DNA of 64,000 nucleotides, from NCBI GenBank assembly GCA_963514005.1, contig OY740800.1:41664001-41728000 (forward strand), given 5' to 3'. Shown here piece by piece: positions 11,400 to 25,000 of the stretch (position 1 is its first letter; each line of letters starts with the position of its first letter). The notes beneath the pieces are model-generated. The model was not told the DNA's origin. It saw nothing but the letters and a program-made list of their open reading frames with translations, and searched no databases. Source of the stretch: Raja brachyura. Lineage: Eukaryota. The translations under genes and the position numbers were made by a program.

Positions 11400-13200
11400 A
11401 ATTTTTCAAAATGCATTCGATTTGGATTAATAAAATATGGTGTATGCGGAATAATCCCTGCTTTTCGGAGAATGTGTTCGTGTATTTTGTTTTAAACGTT
11501 TTAAAATAAACAGCTCAAACAAAACACAGCTATTTTTAATTAAGCTATTATGTTTACATAATAAAAATGCAAATGTTTTAAATAGACCGTTCAAAATTAA
11601 TTACTCTCTGCATTAAATATGTCATTTTTTCGATGTGGGTTCCGCAGTTTACAGAAGAATATTTTACAGCTAACCGCCGATAACATACCTCTCTTCCGAT
11701 ACCTGAAAAACCCTTAGCTCCTGAATCTAACCAAGACAATTTACAATTGTTAGCATTTCTTTTCCAACCGTTTCGGAATTTTCCATACGTTAAAGCTGGC
11801 GATGACGACATACAAACCTTAAAAATAATAAATATGTTGTTTCAAAAGCTAATGTTTTACACACGCAATTATTAGACTTGATTAAATCGAAATAACGGAA
11901 TCATTTTCAGTGACCTAAACGGTTTCCAGCACGTTAAACAAGTTCCTTTCAAACAATAAATCAACAAACGCACTTTTGAAGAGACTGGGGGGGTGGGACG
12001 ATAAAACAGCTCAAGGCAATAATTCAGCAAAGAAATTAGCTCCGGTCCGCTCTCTGGCAATACTCAGCTTTGTTCCATTTATTTCTCTCTCCGAAATACT
12101 TCTGTTCGCCCCATCGCTAGCGACAATCATCACGTTTTTCTTTAAATCACACATAGACTCGAACACTGAAGGGAGCTCCGCCGAGAGCCCAACAAAACGC
12201 GCTGACTGGACCGAGACAAGATGCGAGGAGCTCCTGGCCTGTCTCACACAGGAACAGCTAGTTATACGTTATGTGCAATGAGAGCTCACATTTTGTTCAA
12301 TATCTGCCTTGTTTTGCAAAGTAAAATTAAGGCAGGCAGCAAAATACGCATAAGGTAGATACAAGGAACTGCAGATGGTTCTATCAACACAGAATACCTC
12401 GGTTTCGTTAGCTCGATGCAAGGTTAGTTCCACAGCCCTCCTCGCCCTTTTCAACTTACTTCCAAGACACACCGTTGCCTTCTTTCAATCTATTCAATTT
12501 TCCGAGCACATCGTCGCCGTTTCCTGCCTTTTGCTCATAGCTCATAGGATCGTGGTTGCAAAAGGTGAGTTGTCTTCAGCCAATCGCCAACCGTGTTATC
12601 CCTGAGGTTCACACCTGGCCCCTTGGTTATCTCTGACTCTATCAAATGAACCAAGCAAGGAATGCAGACGGTAAGGAGTTATTGATCCGACCAGGTAGCT
12701 GTCCATAACTGCATCATTCCCCGTGAATTGGAACGAGAACCTTTCATCAAGGGGGCAACCAATGTCCAATTCCCATCTGCAACTTGGTCGCTGCGGCTCA
12801 ATTTTTTTTGTCAATTGCGCTTGCAACTAATTCACTCCTCCCACAGCATTGCTCCCAATTCACATTGATGTTATAGTTCCATTATCATATACATTGGTTT
12901 CAATGTCAAATTGTACGTTATTACTGATTCTCCACAAAATCATATCCAGTCCGCATCTTAAATACACTGATGGATTGAATATTCCGCTTCACAATATCTC
13001 GTGGGAAAAGATAACCGACTATTTCACAAAGATCTCAACGGGTAAACATGAGGACAGACCACCAATCAACGAATAACGAATTGGTTTAAGTGTGTTTTGG
13101 GGACATTGTGGAACCAATGTATGTGCAAAGACGATATTTTGAAAAGGGCTGACAAAAATATTGCAATATGTAGTATCTTTAACAAAAAAAAATAGAACTG
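11400..13200. promoter_or_regulatory. CpG-retaining, repeat-poor block (candidate unmethylated regulatory island)
   Basis: Visibly frequent CG dinucleotides compared with CpG-depleted flanks; no recognisable ORF; perfect donor AAG|GTGAGT at 12564/12565. Confidence 0.5.
12541..12564 (+). other. Candidate plus-strand micro-exon (24 or 17 nt) or 3' end of a first exon
   Basis: tttcctgccttttgctcatAG|CTCATAG|GATCGTGGTTGCAAAAG|GTGAGT. Confidence 0.35.
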
Positions 13201-13464
13201 CATTATTAAGAGTCAAATAATAGAATGGAATGGAATAGAATAGTCAAAGAATGTCAAACCAGACAAGAAAAGCTGAGAAACTATGGTGGGTAAAGGCAAG
13301 ATGTAAGACTAAATGAAGACAAAAAATGCTGCAGACAATTAGCAGGTCAGATATTACCTGTGAAAGATAACAGAAGTAATAGTTCAGATCAAAAACCCAA
13401 CTACTGACTGATTCTACATTTTCAGTTTTTATTTCAGATTTCCAGTATTTCAGCCCCCTCCCCC

Positions 13465-14110
13465 CAAGTCGTAGAGCTATTCAACATGAAAACAGGCACT
13501 TCAGCTCACCATACGGACCAAGTTGGCATTCTGAGCGAGTCCCCTTTGTCTGCATTTATCCCAAAGCCCTCTAAACTTTTGCTATCTATATATGATCAGC
13601 CATGATCTATATTGAATGGCGGTGCTGGCTCAAAGGGCCAAATGGCCTACTCCTGCACCTCTTTTTTCTGTTTCTATCTGTCCAAATCTCTTTTGACCTC
13701 TCTCTCTCTCGCTCTCTCTCTCCCTCCTTCTCCTCCCCCCCCCCCCCCCGGATATTTAAATTCTTCTACCTTGGGAAAAAAACTTAATGTTCACTTTATC
13801 CATGTCCCACATGATCCTGTACAGCTCAATAAGGTCGTCCTCAGCCTCCTCTGTTCCAAAGAAGAATGTCCCAGCCTAACCGGCCTATCTCGATAACTCA
13901 GGCATGCAACCCCAGGTAACATCCTGCACTCTTTACAACTTAATGACATCCTTCCCATAGCTGGGTGACCAGAAATGCACACATTTTTTTCAAGTGTGGT
14001 CTCACCAATGCTTTGTACAGCTGCATCATCACGTCTTTTGTACTCGATACCTTTCCCAAGGAGGGCAAGCAAGCCAAAAGCCTTCTTCACTACACTCACT
14101 GTCCACCTGA
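13465..14110 (-). mobile_element. CR1 3' fragments (minus) with an inserted plus-strand CR1 tail and (CT)n/poly-C tract
   Basis: ORF 13791..14099(-) VKKAFGLLALLGKGIEYKR; tail gatcagccatgatc..ggcctactcctgcacct at ~13594-13660. Confidence 0.75.
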
Positions 14111-15340
14111 CTCACCACTTTCAGGAAGACTTGACCAAGTACTGCCACTTACTGTGCAAGACTTGCTCTGGTGCATCTCCACACAATAGTCAGAGCTAAA
14201 TTCCACTCGCCATACCTTGGCCAACATCTCAACTAATAAAGACCCTGTTCTTGCGAGCCTTCCTCACTGCACAACTGGTTATTTACAGTACACGTGGGAA
14301 CCTGTTCAACCTGCTCTCTAGAACCAAGGTCAACACATCAGTCATTGTGCTGCTGTATGCAATCTCCATTTTTGCATATTTGCACATTATTGAGTAATTA
14401 ATTGAAGCATATGAGAGACAGTTCCTTACCCTACATGTCTGCAAACAAAAGGCCTCTACCAATCTCCAGTCATTGTATAACATAGCCATATAAGGATAAG
14501 ACTCTGGTAAAGGTCGACAACTTTCCATATTGGTGCTGCTATCTCACAATGAAAGCCTATGGCTGTCTGAGAAAAGTGTATTTGAAGGGAAGATCTCAAA
14601 TCTGGCAGAAGGCTCATGATCTTTGGAGCAGAAGAAATCCCTCCTCTCCGAAATGCTTCAAAAAGCGTGGAAAAAATTACAGTGTTTTAACTGAAAGTAC
14701 TGGAAAAAATACTATCAATGCAGTTGCCACAAAAACAACCAAAATCATCGGCAAGATAAGTGAACCAAAAATTATCGTCTCTCTCCCCACACCCAAGCCA
14801 ATATCCCGTGTTGAGGCCCCAGTTACATTCAGTTAACAGCATCACGTTGTTTGCACGCAGAAACACCAGGTGGTCACGTTAGACGTTCTCTGGCCAGCAT
14901 AAGATTACTGGGTGGATAAAATAAATGTAATATTCTCGATGTCTCAGAATAATCCTCGTTCCTTGGCTGCTCAAAGTGGAGACATTTAGAATGGCTTTGA
15001 AAACCTCAGCAGAAGCACGCAGTAAACAAGTGTAAATAGAAGGGGGTGTATCACCTCTCAAACCATCTGCCTACCAACAGCACCTCGGTTGGGGAAACAT
15101 TGGAGCAAGAGGCACTCGTAACATGGGTAAATAAGTATGATGGTTTTGAATTCAAACGTTTGTACAAGAACATATTTGGAATTGTGGTTGAATACAATTG
15201 CAATGCAGACATAAACGTTCAGCACCTCTCGGGTTGAACGCGATGGTTACCTGGGACTATCGGAAGCATCGAATCTGCTGCAACGGACAGTGGAATCTCT
15301 AGGAGAAATTGGCGTAGTTATCGAAATGACATTAAAAGTC

Positions 15341-15490
15341 GAAGATAGACACAAAATGCTGGAGTATCTCAGCGGGACACTTCTTCAGAAGGACCCGAAA
15401 CGTCACCCATTCCTTCTATCCAGAGATGCTGCTTGTCCCGCTGAGTTACTCCAGCATTTTGCGTATCTCTGCAGTTCCTTCCTACACATC
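15341..15490. mobile_element. Palindromic Penelope-derived element (internally deleted)
   Basis: acacaaaatgctggagtatctcagcgggac ... gtcccgctgagttactccagcattttgcgt. Confidence 0.75.
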
Positions 15491-16154
15491 CTGACATTTA
15501 AAGCCAGTGATTTCTAGCTCTCGTAGCAACTTCCTGTCATTGTGCCACACGCACTGACTTCGCCACATTGATACCTGGATACCCGACAAGAGGTTTTCGC
15601 CATGCGCTTGACAAGTCCTTCGCCTTCGTTGTAGGCTTTTTAGGATTGTTGGCGAAAGCGTGGATTTGCTGCATTATCCCAATAAGTAAATTTCAATCTC
15701 GGTTTACAAAGCTCCAAACCAGCCAATCCGAAGTAGACGTGAGTTATACACATCGAGCAAAACTGCCCACCGCAATAGTCGCAAATTCCTCCATTCTGTT
15801 TCGTTTGAATCCTAGATGAAGACATGCCACTTAATTTTTTATCAATATGTCATGCAAACCCGCATTGTACTTATGTGAAAATAGCAGTATAATTATATCC
15901 TAAGCGTATGATAACCCTCAATTATAATTATAATCAGTGCATAATGGTGAATCACGTTGAAACACAACACTATGAACATGAGCACGTTACTGTGTATTGC
16001 AAGTTCCCTGCAGGTGCACTGCCGGTGTTAAATAAAGGGACTGCACATGGATTTGGGATGTGTCGCTGTAACCCTGTCATCACACCGTTAGTTTGACGGC
16101 TCTCCATTCGTTACAGATCTTGACAGCGGTTTAATCAAACACTGCTCTTAACGA

Positions 16155-16308
16155 CCAAGACGGAACTGCAGATGCTGGTTAAACCGAAGATAGACACAAA
16201 AAGCTGGAGTAACTCAGCGGGTCAGACAGCATGTCTGAAGGTGTCCGGATGCGTCTCCAAATATGCTGTCTGACCCGTTGAGTTACTCCAGCTTTTTGTG
16301 TTTATCTA
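16155..16308. mobile_element. Palindromic Penelope-derived element
   Basis: ~45-bp inverted arms agatagacacaaaaagctggagtaactcagcgggtcagacagcat / atgctgtctgacccgttgagttactccagctttttgtgtttatct. Confidence 0.8.
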
Positions 16309-16649
16309 CTGTGCTGTTAACTCCAGGCTTATTGGAGGTTCACTGCAGACACTCCACTCAAGATTAGCTGCAGCTCCTGTGCTGACCTAATCTGATTACA
16401 AACTGCTAACACTGGCGTTATTGTAAACACTAGTGATGGCTATCGGTTTCTTAGAGATGCGTGGGAATGCTTTCAATTTATAACAAGAGATGCACTGTCG
16501 TACTCGGTCACTATACAATGACGTTGAACGTTCTGGGTCATTACAGGTACCTGTTTGCTCCCTAATTGTTTAGACTCTCTCTTGCTTGGACATGGGCTGT
16601 GTTTAAATGTCCACAGCTAAATGTTAAATGTTTTTTTTAGCAATATCCC

Positions 16650-17500
16650 GATTCCAAATATGCCCCCGTGCTTAGCATTCCTTTGCATGGCGATCTGCTA
16701 AATACAAAAAGATTTAAACATATCCCAAAAATCAATTCAGACAACCCAACAAGCATGTCCACAATTACATTTAAAGAATATGTGCCACAGAATCAGATCA
16801 TTGGACCCAGGCAGTCAATATTGGTTTTTAATCTCTATGGAAACCCCTTCTTCTCTTTCATCATAACCTTCTATTCTCTTTGCCCTCACATACTTAAATA
16901 ATCTTTCACTTATTTTCTGGTAGAGAAGACTTTTCTCAATTTCTCATTTGATTCATTAGTGACTATTTTATATTGATACCTCTTCCCTGTTAAATAACGT
17001 TATCCATGTATGTACTTTAAAATTGTAGTTGGCTTGATAACGACTTCAATTAGTTCACCCTCATGAAAAAAGAGACCCAGTATGTTCATCCTTTTCTGAA
17101 AAGTATATCTCAAAATTCTTGGTTTCAACTTTGTAAATCTTTTTTGTACCCTATCTAATGTCTTGAGATCCTTTTCCTCTAAAGTGCCAGAATTGTTCAA
17201 AGTTCAAGTATGATCCAACCGTGGTTCAGTACAGATTTAGTATAACTTTACTACTTTTCATTCTAAGCATCAGAAATACATCCAATACTCAGTTTCCCTT
17301 TTATTTTACCCCGAGCCTTGTTAAATTGTGCAACTACATTTAGTGATCGACGTTTGTACATTCCAATATACTTTTCTTCCTCTGCTCCATCTATCCTTGC
17401 AACTTCCAAGTTAGAAATGACCTTCCTATTCTTCCTATCTAAATGTACTATCTCATACTTGTCTATGCTTAACTTCATATGCTCATTATTTATCAATTCA
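16650..17500 (-). mobile_element. Old CR1-group LINE 3' fragment
   Basis: ORFs 17263..17496(-) IDKYEIVHLDRKN..EKYIG and 17000..17200(-) KDLKTLDRVQKRFTKL. Confidence 0.75.
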
Positions 17501-17957
17501 GCCCTTCATATGCCCCGTGTTGTTTCAATGTCTATACTCAGGTTCTTTACATTCTTAACATACTAGGTTAAAACATTTGCCACCTCCCTGTTTACCTTTT
17601 CTGAAGGATACTTTGCTTGCACCTTATTGTTGGAAAATATCCCCGAGAATTTTTTTTTAATAAATTTGAATAAAAACTCAAATTCAATCAAACAATATAA
17701 TCCATACAAAATCATTGAACCAATCACTTTGTATTAACAACAGGATGAAACTGAGTTTGACCAACTGTGGCATGTATTCCTTACTTTTGTAGGAACTAAA
17801 TGCAGGAATCATATACTCTTTTATTTGCCTAATAATAAATCAGTTTAAATAATTTAAAACATTTAATGATGTCAGTTTCTTTTTTGGATTAATTACGGGA
17901 GCATAATGCATAAAAGTGATTCAACCCTTGATTCAACCCAATTTTACTAATAGTCCA

Positions 17958-18182
17958 AAGATAAACACAAAATGCTGGAGTAATTCAGCGGGATAGGCAG
18001 CATCTCTGAAGAGAAGGAATGGATGATGTTTCAGGTCGAGAACCTTCAGTTTGAAGAAGGGTCTTGACCCAAAACATCACCCATTCCTTCTCGCCAGAGA
18101 TGCTGCCTGTCCCGCTGAGTTACTCCAGCATTTTGTGTCTACTTCGGTGTCTAACCAGCATTTGCAGTTCCTTCCTACACAT
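17958..18182. mobile_element. Full palindromic Penelope-derived element with two opposed decayed hammerhead motifs
   Basis: ~90-bp inverted arms centred near 18048. Confidence 0.8.
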
Positions 18183-19749
18183 TTCACTGTTAGACTACTA
18201 GCTTGTGTAAGTCTAATGTTAGACAGAGGCGCAATGGTTGTCAATCTCCACAAGAGACCAAACCACCTAAAGAAGCAAATGACACTGCAAGACCAAAATA
18301 GATAACAACAGCACACCTGAAAATGTAATTATGTCACCGTATCAAAACTGTGGATAAGACATTGGATATTTGCTAAAGTTCCTCAAGGGAATGTTTTCCA
18401 AACAAAACTTAAATAGCAAAACTCCAAAATCACTATCGAGCACAAAGTTCCAATCGTGCTGTACTTACATGTTCTCACCACCCAATGAAATGTATCAAGT
18501 TTTAAACATTTACCATTTAAATAAATCTGAGAATTCACAGGGCTTCTATAAAACATATATGTAACACACAATTTAAAAAAGTACTTAGACAAGTAAGACT
18601 CAATTGCCAATAAATATCTTACCAGCAGTTTCAAATACTTGTCTAACTGCATTTTTTCTGCAAAGAATAAAATTGGTTACAATTACGCCAATAAGAAAGG
18701 GACCTAGAACAATTCCAATATGTGGGGGTTGATATTTTTTACTTTTATCTTTGGGTTACTTTCGTTATGTTTTCCCATATTTGCAAAATTTGCCTTTTTC
18801 TGTCTTTTAAAAATGGCTTGAGATGCACCCATTCTTATGTTTATAAAGCACAACTAAATTAGAATGAGTAATAATGACAAATACATTTGTTTAAGCCCCA
18901 TCTCAGTTATTTATTTGATAAAATCTTTATTTCATAGAGTTACACACCTTTTATTTTTTGTTCCTTTCCTGCTGAAGCCATTACTTTTCAGGCCTTTTTC
19001 TACCACCTTAATGTTATTGATAACACACCCCATGATCAATGTGAGTGGTTTACACGAGCATCATAAAGCAAAATGAATGAAAATGTATGAAAGACATTTA
19101 TTGCTGACATCATGCTTTATGGCTGGAAAAAAAATCCAGGTAGCCTTTGTGGGTTTTTTTTTAACAGTTTTTTAAAGTTAAAACCAAACATTTCAAGCAC
19201 TTAATGATACAAAATTGAAGCCATATTACAAAATTGCCTTATTAAGGAAAACAAACAAAATCAATCTGAGATGGTCATTCCACATTTCACTAAAAGTTAA
19301 ATAAAATGTTCAGTTGTTTATTTTTGGCACCAAAGTACTCCATTTGAAAACCTTATTCTGTGAGTTCAATGTAATCCTTATATCCCGTGGATTAGTTAAG
19401 AGTCTCTAGACGGTGACGTAGCTATAGAAAAATGAGTGCACCTCTGCATTTCCACCACAATTATTCACCTAACTTCAGTGCTTTCAATATACCAAGCTTA
19501 GGTAGGTAATCCACTGCTGTTTATTTAAGACTATATATCTTTTCATTTAACCATTTTTTGCATTGCACCTATTTTACAGAGAGTCTTAATTATCTTGCCA
19601 TACTATGACATTCCACAATATAAAGAAAAGTATTCAAAGATTAAAATTAAAAGTGCTTTTTACAAATGCACAGAGCATTAAAACCAAGATTAAGTGTATT
19701 AGTGGCAAAAATACTGATAGATGGGTTTGATTTAATAGCCTTACAAAAT

Positions 19750-20470
19750 CATTGTACATGGTGACTCACATTGGGATCTAAATATACACGGTATTTGACA
19801 TTTCAAGAAGTCAGATAAAACAGAAAAGGAGGATGGTAGCCATAATTAGAAAAGGTTATCATAAAGACAGAGATAGGGAACAACATTAAATGTGGTGTCA
19901 GAGTTGGACAAAGGTCAGAAAACAATGGTGGGGGTGCTTATTAGTAACTTTACTTTAGCTCAGTAGCTTTATTTTAGGCACAGTATTATCAAAAATTAAG
20001 AGGAACCTTTAACAAAGGTTCTATAATAATCATGGTGATCTGGAAAAATCAAATTGGCAAATCAATTTGCAGTATCAAATCATGGCATCCATTTGGCACA
20101 ATTTCCTAGTGCAGGATACCATGGAACTAGCTCGGTAACAGGGTATTTTAGATCTTCCCTTGTTCAATGAGACAATGTTAATTAATAATTAATTATGGTA
20201 AGGGCTTCTCTAAGCGAGAACAGTCATACTTTTATACTGAATTTTGGGAGTGATGCACCTACACTTGAAACTGTAGTCTTAAAGCTAATTACAAATATCA
20301 AATAAATTCAATAAGAGTTGAGAGAGCAAAAGTAAATTAAGATACAGAATTAAAAGGCATTTGAGATAGAAAACCAATGGTAAAGATTCAAATGAATGCT
20401 TTGTAAGTGTTAATAAATATACATTCCATTGGTAAATATGAATATTATGAAAAAAGTGATGCATCTGTGG
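19750..20470 (+). mobile_element. Highly decayed CR1 endonuclease-region fragment
   Basis: Remnants resembling GG.VA, IIMGD and ILDL..NE motifs of CR1 ORF2; many stops. Confidence 0.45.
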
Positions 20471-20764
20471 TTACCTAACAGAAATATGCATCAGCCGTTA
20501 TCTTGTTAAATGTCGAGCAGGATTGAAGGTACGTTTGGCATATTTCAAATCCTAATATGTTTTTTCAGCTCTCTGATGTCTCTTTTTCATTATTCTTTAG
20601 AACTATTTTCACTGGGTTTTTTTCTCTTTTCATGCTCTCACTGCCTTTCCTGCGCATACTTTTGTACTTACATCCATCTTTTCATCAGTGATGATCAGAT
20701 TCATTACCTCGCCATTTTTCCAGTATTTTCCTAGTTTCTCTTCGTTGCAATTTCATTGCTTCTA

Positions 20765-20919
20765 NNNNNNNNNNNNNNNNNNNNNNNNNNNNNNNNNNNN
20801 NNNNNNNNNNNNNNNNNNNNNNNNNNNNNNNNNNNNNNNNNNNNNNNNNNNNNNNNNNNNNNNNNNNNNNNNNNNNNNNNNNNNNNNNNNNNNNNNNNNN
20901 NNNNNNNNNNNNNNNNNNN
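20765..20919. other. Assembly gap (155 N)
   Basis: Run of N. Confidence 1.
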
Positions 20920-22139
20920 AAGGAAAATAAATAAATGAGGAGAGAATACAAAGACCAAAAATAATTGGGTAATTGGGGATCCTGCAATTATAGTGGGATA
21001 TTTAGGTGTGGAATTTTTTAAAATGTGCTACGATTAATCGTTTCTTAAACCCTATCATTTGTCACAAGATGTACTCTCCTTTCAGTTAAGTAAGGTGTGA
21101 TTGTAATTACTTTGACTGACTGTCCCATGATTATAGTATTTTAATATTGGGAAGAAATAAGGTGGCCAGATTGAATGGGGCTTCTAAAGTATCATAACTT
21201 AATGATAGATGGTTACTACATTACACCCAATCATTCAAAATTGTAGTCAACAGTCCACATAAATCACTCCAATGTGGAGGCATCATAGTGTGCAACTTAA
21301 TTGTATATTTAAAGTTGTCATCTGAAATTGAGGCTCAGTTTTATATTCTAATCACAACCGGACATTAAGTTTTTTTAAAATACCATTATACCTTTCCACT
21401 ATATAATCATTTATCAATTTTCAATTTTTTTTTCAAAAAGGGAAAGGTTAAATTCAAATCATGATTCATGGCTGCTGATTTATCAATTTCCTATCTACCC
21501 TCTTATTTCTAGATTTGGTAATTGTCTTTAAAATGTGATCACCAAACAAGGTTACATATCAATATATCATAAAGCAGAATGAAACTACCATTGTAATAGG
21601 TCTCATGCCAAGGTGCAAATATATATTTTAATTTAGCTACAATACTCATTATCAGTGCTACCACAGTCACAATCCAACTATTTGTGCTACAAAAGCCAAA
21701 CGTTTCCCATTCTAGATTTACACTTAAAAATATATTATATTTTCTCTATTTGCCTGTTATCAAATATTCAGCTCTTTATTTGTTACATAATTCAACAACA
21801 AATGTCTGTTCTTGGCTTTTAGTGTAATTGGCAACTTTGAAAATCACTGACAGATGGAGGAAGTTTTCAGAGACACACTAATAAACCAAAGCTGTTAGAA
21901 CTTCAAAAAATCCCTGCAGCTAACATTTTATATCTCAAGTTAAACTATTTAGCTGAGGAAAAATATTAGATACATTATGCTATTCCTAACCAGTTACATC
22001 AATGTACTGTAATAATTATAGGCTTTTTACATTCTTTGTAAAACGTACATATGGTTTAATCTCTCTGAAAACATAACCACATAGCCAATGAAATACTGCA
22101 GCAATTGCAATTGCAGATTAAGTGAAAAACAAAGTCAGT

Positions 22140-23900
22140 TACATCACGGTTAGCACCATTAATTATTGCGAATAAATATGTGGTCACGTGAAACGTTTCG
22201 AGCGGGCTTTACAGAAGCCTGACAAAGCCTATTCCTATGACGCTGCTGGAAGGAAGGGTGGTGAGGGGCAACTTCTAGCTGCCCAGTTCTCTGTGGGTCA
22301 TCCACACGAAAACCATCAAAGCGCCTGTGGGCGAAATAAAATGCGCAAGGAGGCAGGCACAATTGAATAAAAAATATTAGGTATTCATCTTGAGATTACT
22401 ATACTCAAATATTGTCGATATATAAATATTGTCGATATTTAAATATTGTCGATATGCAAAATGCATGTAAAAATGTACGGGGTAACAGAAATCGAAGGCC
22501 ACAATGCATGTACTGATTACAACTTCTGTCATGTGATCTTTTGTTAAAGCCAGATTGACAGCGCTGTTGCATTGCCGCATACACAACAGCATAGCCGGCA
22601 ATCAGAAATAAACACAGAAGATGCGGAAATATTCAGCAGGTCAGGAAACATATGTGGTCAGAGTTGATCGATAACCTTTCATCATTCTGAAAGAAAACAA
22701 TTTAGGGTATGATGGTTGTTCTAGTGTGGGCTGGATTCACCTGCTAGGAGGACATGATACCGTAATGGACTTCCCATAGGAAACTGTGTAGTCTTTGTAC
22801 TGGGATGAAATCACAGGAGATACTTTACCGAAAGGATTGGTGGAGAAAACTGCATTGGGCTGCATGTACAGGGGTGGGGAGTAGATCCGTTTGACAGAGC
22901 AAATTTACTTCTTGGCACCGATTCTTCCTTTACCTCGTGATGGAAATACTCTCGTCAATAGCAGATTCTTACATCTCTAAACAAAATAGCGCGTTGACAT
23001 TCAGGTTTGTGTTTTAACATTTTGGTCCGACATCTCCTGGAATCCGATTATCCGACTATCGTGTCTGCTTTCTCAAGACTGTATCGAAATATGACGCTAC
23101 TTCGTTCTTTTTTTTTAAAACAGGCTTTTCATGTTATGTCTAAACGCGTTCAAGAATGATAGACTGGTGCAGCAGGAAGGCAAAATAAAATCCCCTTTGT
23201 CAGTCAGACTGCCAGAACTTTGCATCGCCTTTTTTTCTCCTGTGGACGCTCTTATTTTTTTTGTTTCTATAGAGTCGGTAATTAAACAACGAGCTTCTCA
23301 GTTTTCGGCGGCGCTGCAGGGGAACTCCTCCCTGTAATATGCTCCAATTACTGGCAGTGACCGCAGTCGATGAGGGATTATCCCTTCGCTGAGCCACGGC
23401 AAACTCCACGCCATAATCTTCAATTAGTTCAATTCATGGCAGCACACTCCCAGGGCAGCCGCTACCTTTCCCACGATTCACACAGACAGCCTTTATGTCG
23501 CACCCATCACTGCACAGATGGTCTTGGTCCTGCTGTCAGAAAGTTCATTGCATTCGTACCCGTCACTTTCACCCACCCCCTCGAATAATGACCCACCTAA
23601 AAGCTGACAGCAAATGTCGAGAAGACTTCATTAGTGTTTTACAGTATCTGTTTGTTCTTGTGGTAAAAGAAGCAACAAGACAGTGCGTTCACTGTGACCG
23701 CAAACAGGTGGAGTGAACAAGGACCCTGCAAAGGAGTATTATGCAAATACCAGTATTTGCATCTCAATAATGTCAGCGTAGTACAGTTACCGCGGTTCCT
23801 GACAGGAGTACATTTGTTGGAAGTACTAGTTTGGCAAACTTCTGCCAAAAATTTGTGAAAAAAAACGTTTGTTAGAGAGGGCAGCGAAGAATGGGTAGCA
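22140..23900. promoter_or_regulatory. CpG-retaining candidate enhancer / conserved non-coding block
   Basis: Frequent CG, E-box GTCACGTG at ~22183, clustered TAAT/ATTA cores, very little repeat content. Confidence 0.4.
22407..22455. repeat. Tandem repeat, 17-bp period, 3 copies
   Basis: aaatattgtcgatat x3. Confidence 0.9.
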
Positions 23901-24589
23901 AACTCATGTTGATATTAATATTTAGTGCATTCCAGATGCTTTTTCTACAAAAATATTAATTTTGTATTCGTGCTTCTTAACAAAGTAGCAGATTGGGAAA
24001 TGCAAAATCTCCATGTTTTAAAGAATAGTCAGGTTTAAAACGAAACTTGAAATACCCATTTTTCCCTTTTCTTCACACATGCAACTGTCCCCATCTGTTA
24101 CAATTTGTTTCATGTTTGTCTTCTGTACCCAGTAGTCTTTAAAACAAGTAATATTACTTTAACTGTGGTCTACATACTATCACATACATTCTCTCTGTTT
24201 TTCCATCCACCCTGTCTGCAACTCAAACTGGCCATGTCTGCACTTCCAATTCTAATGAAGAGTCTTTGTCCAGAAACACTGGTTCAATTTCTCTTCCCAT
24301 TGAAAATCACTATTCCAATATTTAGCAGGAAGAAGTTTTCCATTCATCCAATGCTGGATGTCAGGCAAGCAGTGAAAATTGGTGCGGTTGAAGTAGGTGG
24401 CAGTGATGAGATAAAATTATATTTATTCAGGATATAATGTGAAAAATGCTATATTTTCAAATAATGTTGCTAGGGACAGAACACTGATGAGAAATAGGAA
24501 GGGGTAAGTACATATCTCAAGGAATAAGGGGATTTGTGTATAAATAAAAGCAAATGCCATTGCAGATTAATCTGACAGATTACATATGA

Positions 24590-25000
24590 TTGACACAAAA
24601 AGATGAACTCAGCAGGCAGACAGCATCTCTGGAGAAATCCCCTGCATTCCTCCTCTTTTCATCCCTCCCCCACCCAAGTCGTACCAGCTTCAAAGGAGCC
24701 TTGTTGAGTCTCATTATTTGTAACTCGTTTTCACCTAGCCCACAGCTAATAATGGCCTGTTTCCTTTATCATTGTTACTTTTTTGCATATCTTTCATTCA
24801 TTTGTTCTATATTTCTATATCACCATATCTATCTCTTATTTCCCTTTCCCCTGACTCTCAGTCTGAAGAAGAGTCTCAACCCGAAAAGTCACCTATTCCT
24901 TATCTGCAGAGATGCTGTCTTACCCGCAGTGTTACTCCAGTTTTTTCTGTCTATATTCGGTTTAAACCAGCATCTAATGTTCCTTCCTTCAGATTACATG
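24590..25000 (+). mobile_element. Penelope 3' end with hammerhead-like motif (24863-24890) and a short inverted 5' arm
   Basis: cagtctgaagaagagtctcaacccgaaaagtcacc..gttactccag..ccagcatct. Confidence 0.75.

Noticed and set aside
14521-14541. Minus-strand TAGCAGCAC (miR-15/16 seed)
   Set aside because: No complementary star arm, and the 3' part does not match the family
20685-20987. ORFs spanning N runs (also 31753-32291)
   Set aside because: Artefacts of assembly gaps
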